A DNA stretch of 62,819 nt from a virus. Taxonomy: Duplodnaviria; Caudoviricetes. The stretch lies in IMG/VR virus record IMGVR_UViG_3300025162_000007, positions 1 through 62,819 of that record; one strand, 5' to 3'. Positions 57,875 to 62,819 of the stretch are shown in pieces (position 1 is the first letter of the stretch; the number at the start of each line of letters is the position of its first letter). The translations under genes were made by a program, and so were the position numbers. The notes under the pieces were generated by a model. That model saw only the letters and a program-made list of their open reading frames with translations. It ran no database searches and was not told where the DNA came from.

Positions 57875-58246
57875 ATGAATGAAGTAAAATTAGGTGGAAA
57901 GCTTTGGAGAGCGTACGTTGGAGAAACTAAGGGCAGAAAGTGGGCGTTCTTCACAGTAGCGGTAGAAAGTGGAGTAGACAGAGAAGGACAGCCAACAAGT
58001 GAGTTTATTGGTTGTAGAGCAAGTGGAGATATGACAGACATGCTAAAGGATTTGCCTCAAGGTAAAGGAACTGACACTAAGCTGAAAGTTTTAGGCGCTA
58101 TTAAATCTAGCCCTAAAAAAGATAAGTCTAAACAGTATGTGCTAGATACAACTGGTAACAAGATTTACGAAACTTACGTTGATGTAAAAGAAGTGTCCCT
58201 TGATACACCTGCAGCTAAGGTTGCTGGTACAAAAGCTGCATTCTAA
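57875..58246 (+). CDS. ssb: single-stranded DNA-binding protein (OB fold)
   Basis: MNEVKLGGKL...AFFTVAV...SEFIGCRA...LKVLGAI...YETYV; GGAGG SD. Confidence 0.82.
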   Translation: MNEVKLGGKLWRAYVGETKGRKWAFFTVAVESGVDREGQPTSEFIGCRASGDMTDMLKDLPQGKGTDTKLKVLGAIKSSPKKDKSKQYVLDTTGNKIYETYVDVKEVSLDTPAAKVAGTKAAF

Positions 58247-58259
58247 ATAGGAGTAAATA

Positions 58260-58529
58260 ATGTCACTGACTTTTAAATGTGCGTGTGGAAAGACTCATAC
58301 TAGGTTTGCTAAGACTCAAGTTGTATCTATCAATGGCAACAAATGGGACTTAGACTGTTACTTAGAAAAGATGAATATTGAGTATAAAAATATCCAAGCT
58401 GAAACTATGATAACTCAGTTAGTGCTAGCAGAAATTAAAACTAAACATCCTGAAGTTAATGTTGAAGATATAGCAAAGGATGTTGCAAGGAGACTTAATG
58501 AAAGCTTTAACAACGAAGGTGGATTGTAG
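58260..58529 (+). CDS. hypothetical protein
   Basis: AGGAG SD; CACG...C. Confidence 0.7.
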   Translation: MSLTFKCACGKTHTRFAKTQVVSINGNKWDLDCYLEKMNIEYKNIQAETMITQLVLAEIKTKHPEVNVEDIAKDVARRLNESFNNEGGL

Positions 58530-58929
58530 AGATTGGATACTGTTGCTGTTATTTATAGGACTTATAATACAAATAGGAGTAATTAGACACAATGGAATTA
58601 CTGTTACAATTACTAAAAAGATACCCGCTGCAATTCGTGTTACTTATTACTTGCCTCATGCTCTGTCTAAGTACACTCCAAGAGGAGGTAAGACATCATC
58701 AGGACTTAAGGTTGAAGAAGGGCATGTAGCTGTTAGTAGAGACTTGTATGAGAAAGGTTATACGTTTGGTAAAAAAATAATAGTTGATAAACTAGGTACT
58801 TATGTTATACAAGACTTAACTCACAAGAGGATTAGAAACACAGTTGATATATACAGCAGTAAGGTAACAAACATAGGAGCAGAGACAAGGGATACTTGGT
58901 TACTAGAAGAGTTTAAAATAAAATTTTAA
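58480..58929 (+). CDS. membrane-anchored 3D-domain (peptidoglycan lytic) protein
   Basis: TM WILLLLFIGLIIQIGVI; VTYY, TSSG, VAVSRD, FGKKI, VIQD, VDIY (true start may be GTG 58519). Confidence 0.8.
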   Translation: MLQGDLMKALTTKVDCRDWILLLLFIGLIIQIGVIRHNGITVTITKKIPAAIRVTYYLPHALSKYTPRGGKTSSGLKVEEGHVAVSRDLYEKGYTFGKKIIVDKLGTYVIQDLTHKRIRNTVDIYSSKVTNIGAETRDTWLLEEFKIKF

Positions 58930-58942
58930 GGAGGAATTATTT

Positions 58943-59212
58943 ATGGGATATTTAGGAGAAGCTACGGCATGTTGTCCATCAGCAAAGCCTTGCTTAGAGA
59001 GTACACTAGACAGTACTGCTGGATTAATAGTTGATACAATTAATTGTCTACAAAGAATAATAGACAAACTTGCAGGAGCATCAGTAGAAAAACCAATAGG
59101 TAATGCACCAGTAGCACAGCCAACGATAATGCGTAATGCAGGAATGAATAGAGATGGAGTAGAAATGTTACTAAATAACGCTAGGCAGATAGAAGAAATA
59201 TTATTTGGCTAA
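58943..59212 (+). CDS. hypothetical protein
   Basis: AAGGAGG SD. Confidence 0.7.
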   Translation: MGYLGEATACCPSAKPCLESTLDSTAGLIVDTINCLQRIIDKLAGASVEKPIGNAPVAQPTIMRNAGMNRDGVEMLLNNARQIEEILFG

Positions 59213-59234
59213 ATAAAAACAAAGGAGATTACTT

Positions 59235-59678
59235 ATGAAAATTAAAATGACATTAGGAGACGCAATGCAAATGATGAGAGGGCTAGATAGTCCTCAGACA
59301 TCACAGGTACAGGACACAGACTTAACTTATGCTATGGAGCACACTAGACGAATGCTTATGAGAGACATCAGGAACTATCAGTATAAACCTAGTAAAGAGT
59401 TTATGCAGTTTAGTATGGAGAATCAGAGAATAGAGCAGAAGTATCAGCAACATCAAGGGAATACTCCGCTAGATGTAGCTAATAAAAAAACTGAAGTACT
59501 AGAGTTAGAAAAGAAGTATGCTAGTGTTATAGCTGAAACTGAAAAGCTAGAGAATGAGTTTCAAGAGAAGCTAGAGAATGAGTACGACTTTGAAGTACAC
59601 TCTATTACAAAAGCAAGCCTACCTAAAAATCTAAATGGCCCAGTGATGAAAGCGCTATTTCTAATGATAGAGGTATAA
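59235..59678 (+). CDS. hypothetical coiled-coil protein
   Basis: AAGGAG SD; 147 aa. Confidence 0.75.
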   Translation: MKIKMTLGDAMQMMRGLDSPQTSQVQDTDLTYAMEHTRRMLMRDIRNYQYKPSKEFMQFSMENQRIEQKYQQHQGNTPLDVANKKTEVLELEKKYASVIAETEKLENEFQEKLENEYDFEVHSITKASLPKNLNGPVMKALFLMIEV

Positions 59679-59710
59679 ATGACTACTAAGGCATTCATGG
59701 AGTACCATAA

Positions 59711-60061
59711 ATGACTACTAAGGGAGAGTTAACAATTTGTGATATATGGTTGCACTCAGGGCCTATTAAAACCTTTGATAAGTTTATAGAAGGTGCAGTT
59801 AATAAAGCTATAGCAACCTCAAACTGTAAAGTAATGAACAAGTTAAAATATAACTTCAATCCATACGGAGTTACTGCGGTGTATATCCTAAGCGCCTCCC
59901 ACTTAGGATATCACACCTACCCTGAACACAGTTATGTCAGTATAGACTGTTATACTTGTGAAGGTGAAGGGAGTAGTAAGAGAGTAGTTACTAATATTAT
60001 CAATGAGTTAAAGAAGCACATAAAGAAAACTAAGTTACGAACAATTAGGAGGGGAGTATGA
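59711..60061 (+). CDS. speD: pyruvoyl-dependent S-adenosylmethionine decarboxylase-family proenzyme (divergent)
   Basis: FNPYGVTAVYILSASHLGYHTYPEHSYVSIDCYTC...IRRG. Confidence 0.88.
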   Translation: MTTKGELTICDIWLHSGPIKTFDKFIEGAVNKAIATSNCKVMNKLKYNFNPYGVTAVYILSASHLGYHTYPEHSYVSIDCYTCEGEGSSKRVVTNIINELKKHIKKTKLRTIRRGV

Positions 60062-60195
60062 CACTAACACTAAAAAATATAACTATACAGCAGATATGGA
60101 AGATAGTTGCTGCACTAAACTTAAGTGAAGAAAACAGTGAGATGATGATAAATGCTATTGAAGCTGAAGAAGAACAGTTGGAATTACCACTATGA
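60058..60195 (+). CDS. 45-aa protein ending in QLELPL (clamp-binding-like motif)
   Basis: ATGA overlap with speD, GGAGG/GGAG SD; not in ORF track. Confidence 0.65.
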   Translation: MTLTLKNITIQQIWKIVAALNLSEENSEMMINAIEAEEEQLELPL

Positions 60196-60232
60196 AAATA
60201 TTTGAGTACAAACATTTCTATAGGAGGTACCT

Positions 60233-60480
60233 ATGAACATTCAACTAGTAAGTAGCACAGGGGTACCTTTACCTAAAACACTTGATAACATCTACTTTCA
60301 TCAGTTTTTAAGTTAGATGGGGACACTGTAAGCATAGAAAGTGTCTATACAGTACTAAACTGGTTAGCTTGGAGTGCTAAACATGGTAAGGATACTAGAC
60401 ACATAGTAACAACTAAGTGTGTAGGAGTAGTAGAAGGTAAGATACAATGGACAATTTACAACGAGAATGCGGAGGTATGA
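60233..60480 (+). pseudogene. ORF split by a -1 frameshift at a T5 run
   Basis: AGGAGG SD, 27-aa frame stops at 60316; a start-less -1 frame continues to TGA at 60480. Confidence 0.55.
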
Positions 60481-60481
60481 T

Positions 60482-60577
60482 ATGTGGAAAGCGATTATAA
60501 TGATTCTACAAGTATGTATATTATGTTACTGTGAGCACATCAGTAATAAAATAAGTAAATTAGGGGTGAGTAAATAA
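60482..60577 (+). CDS. 31-aa hydrophobic micro-ORF
   Basis: GGAGG SD; MWKAIIMILQVCILCYC... Confidence 0.55.
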   Translation: MWKAIIMILQVCILCYCEHISNKISKLGVSK

Positions 60578-61047
60578 AGCAATCATTTCTAACGGACTTA
60601 AAAGCTGGTGAAGAATACCAAGACTTCGTTAGAAAAGTACTAGAAAATAAGTATTCTATACACTTAGACTACTATCAAACAAGGCATGAACAGTTAAACA
60701 TAGGGGAAAGTAAACAAGGGATAGAGGTAAAGTATGACCGTATCACTTCTAGAACAGGCAATCTATTTATTGAAGTGGAATCAGGTGGTAAACCCAGTGG
60801 TATCTACCGTAGTGATAATACATGGCTATGGATTATGGGTAACGAAGACATCATGTATGCCTTCAGTAAGCGAAATCTACAGCGACTTCATCAATCAGGT
60901 AGGTATACAGTGATAGATAACAAATATAAATCAGCTAAAGGCTTCCTAATAAATCAGGAAACTATACTAAAGCACAATGATTTCATCATAAACTTAACTA
61001 AACAGGAGGAAATAAATGGAAAATCTAACGAAATATCCAGTAAATGA
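60574..61047 (+). CDS. PD-(D/E)XK-like nuclease, apparent ATA start
   Basis: Frame open from 60574: FLTDLKAGEEYQ...GIEVKYD...TGNLFIE...PSGI. Confidence 0.7.
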   Translation: MKQSFLTDLKAGEEYQDFVRKVLENKYSIHLDYYQTRHEQLNIGESKQGIEVKYDRITSRTGNLFIEVESGGKPSGIYRSDNTWLWIMGNEDIMYAFSKRNLQRLHQSGRYTVIDNKYKSAKGFLINQETILKHNDFIINLTKQEEINGKSNEISSK

Positions 61048-61192
61048 CCTGTATCAGATGTACAGAAAGTTAACAAGTAAGGCTACATGGAGTAAAAAGG
61101 ACTTCCAGTTGCTATGTAGAATAGATAAACACATAGGCAGCAGAGAAGTGTTACCTACAACTAAGCGTAAGAGTACTAAATCATGCCTCTAG
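61016..61192 (+). CDS. 58-aa basic hypothetical protein
   Basis: AGGAGG SD; not in ORF track. Confidence 0.6.
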   Translation: MENLTKYPVNDLYQMYRKLTSKATWSKKDFQLLCRIDKHIGSREVLPTTKRKSTKSCL

Positions 61193-61260
61193 TATACCTA
61201 GTAATACTATGTATGGGTTTCATAATAGCTGCTGATGATGATGACATATTCCCAATATAG
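61183..61260 (+). CDS. 25-aa TM micro-ORF MPLVYLVILCMGFIIAADDDDIFPI
   Basis: Overlaps the upstream stop; weak SD. Confidence 0.35.
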   Translation: MPLVYLVILCMGFIIAADDDDIFPI

Positions 61261-61651
61261 TGTTTAAACGCACAGAAAGGGGGTAAATTGAGCAGTAAAT
61301 AGCTCAAGGTATACCTAACTATGGGTAAACACTAACGTGTGTTATACGTCAATTGTGTGATAAGTTATGTACTAAGTGGTGCAATCCAATAATACCGCAT
61401 ACTTAGCTGATGCTCCATATGTGCTGCTAATAATATCAAGTACTTAGCTTAACTAGGGTATGTTGGTGGCTAAAAGTAAGTGTGTGCATTGCCATTTCCC
61501 TATAGGTGGTATATCAGGTAGGGGGGGCAGTTTAACACTAGCCTATTACCCTATTATGTTACTACACTATTATATAACTACGTCGCTATAGTACTATGCT
61601 ACTATAGTTATATAGACGCTGTACTAACATACTACTATACTATTTTAGATA

Positions 61652-61685
61652 ATAAAAAACCCCTGTTAACTTAATAACAGGGGTT
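61652..61685 (-). terminator. Rho-independent terminator
   Basis: Perfect 11-bp stem AACCCCTGTTA/TAACAGGGGTT running into a T tract on the - strand, downstream of the 62148-61709 genes. Confidence 0.85.
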
Positions 61686-61708
61686 AGTTAGCTTAGTCCT
61701 TTAGTCCT

Positions 61709-61810
61709 TTACTTTACTAGCTTTGCTTTTATGCATTGTGCCTTGACTTTACTAGTACAATACTTTTTTCCTTTACACTTACTACAGTATCTAATTATGT
61801 ACTTACTCAT
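61709..61810 (-). CDS. 33-aa Cys/Lys-rich micro-ORF
   Basis: MSKYIIRYCSKCKGKKYCTSKVKAQCIKAKLVK, starts 2 nt after the upstream stop. Confidence 0.45.
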   Translation of the reverse strand: MSKYIIRYCSKCKGKKYCTSKVKAQCIKAKLVK

Positions 61811-61812
61811 AA

Positions 61813-62148
61813 CTAAAACCTTTTAGCTGTTAGTCTTGCTGTATACTTATCAGTTTTAGCCTTGATGTACTCAGGACTAGCGACGTACTCAGCTCTAATG
61901 TTTTTAGCGTCTACAGCTAATTTTTTTACTGTAGCTAGTATGTAGTCACTATGCTGTAGTAATACTGTAGCTTGTGAAGGACTTAAATTAAGCGGGTATT
62001 TGTCGCCGTGTACCCCTATAGTGATGTACCCTGTTTTTCTAAGCTCGATTATTGGCTTTACCGTTGCTGATGGTGCTGTTACTGTACCTAGTGCCTTGCT
62101 AATCATTTCTTGTACGTCTTTTTCTGTAAACAATTTTGTTTTACTCAT
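61813..62148 (-). CDS. hypothetical protein
   Basis: GAGG SD; 111 aa; isolated unit with its own terminator. Confidence 0.75.
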   Translation of the reverse strand: MSKTKLFTEKDVQEMISKALGTVTAPSATVKPIIELRKTGYITIGVHGDKYPLNLSPSQATVLLQHSDYILATVKKLAVDAKNIRAEYVASPEYIKAKTDKYTARLTAKRF

Positions 62149-62692
62149 AACTTTTTTACCTCTTTACTTGCTATCTTGCGAGCTGCGAATTACCGCTTTA
62201 CGCTACATACAAGATATTCAATTTTCAAAGAACCAAGCTTATCTACACTATACCAAAGTACAATTTATAAACAGTATAGAGGCTGTGTACTTAGTCAACG
62301 TCGACGCTTTTTTGTATATAGTTATTTTTAACTATTTTCACTAAAAATAAAAGCTTGTAGTATCAAAGATTTGTAATTTTTATATATATAATTATTCCAT
62401 TGATATCTGTAGTCAGGAACTCGCCCTAACTTTTACACTATATAAAAACTTTAATTGTTAGCTGTAATTGTAAGCTACATATATGCATATAAAAGCTGCT
62501 TACTTTGTATTGCCCGACGTAACCACGACGTAAACTATAAACTTCTGCTAGTATACTAGTATAAACTTTTATACTACATACTACTACACACTATAGTATA
62601 TAAGTATAGTACATAGTATACAGTAGTGTCAAACTAAAGCTGTAACTACACTTGCGAAAGTAAGTATAATGATTTACTAATCATTTTACTTG

Positions 62693-62819
62693 TGCAAACT
62701 AGCTAATGCTGATAGTAAACTATCAAGACTTGAGTACAAGTGTAATCTTTACAATTTACTGTTGTAAGTTTTACAAAACTGACGTGTATGCAAGAAGCAT
62801 GCCAAGTGCAACAGAAAAA
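62693..62819. repeat. 127-bp terminal direct repeat (copy 2)
   Basis: Identical to 1-127. Confidence 0.95.

Noticed and set aside
1-62819. Stop-codon reassignment suggested by abundant TAG trinucleotides
   Set aside because: Core genes are full length in the standard code, several end in TAG, and coding density is high
61260-62819. tRNA genes in the non-coding regions
   Set aside because: No cloverleaf or GTTCRA T-loop with a matching acceptor stem was found by eye

Overview
The window looks like a complete, circularly assembled genome (~62.7 kb; bases 1-127 are repeated at 62693-62819) of an AT-rich tailed dsDNA phage, probably podovirus-like. No integrase, repressor cassette, tRNA, CRISPR array or reverse transcriptase was recognised. 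The + strand early arm (259-12867) carries many small ORFs, including a tandem family sharing a C-terminal 'x[ST][IL]L[DE]E[IV][KR]' motif. It also carries a Zn-finger/amidoligase plus class II glutamine amidotransferase pair, GroES, an SNF2-like helicase and a metallophosphoesterase. The long - strand arm (57448 to 12903) encodes a putative TerS, amidase endolysin, receptor-binding and decoration proteins, an outer-membrane beta-barrel protein, TerL, portal, scaffold, major capsid, adaptor/nozzle and ejection proteins, and a holin plus an unusual spanin-like protein. It continues with a replication/recombination block (Cas4-like nuclease, Sak4-like AAA, DUF669-like, PolA, AEP primase, RuvC-like, NrdG/NrdD) and a ClpP-like peptidase. 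A second + strand unit (57875-61260) encodes SSB, a 3D-domain protein, a divergent AdoMet decarboxylase and several unannotated micro-ORFs. Four free-standing homing-endonuclease-like genes are present. The class III RNR, OMP and GGAGG/TTGACA signals suggest an anaerobic or facultative Gram-negative host (inference). All calls come from motif recognition by eye; no database searches were run.
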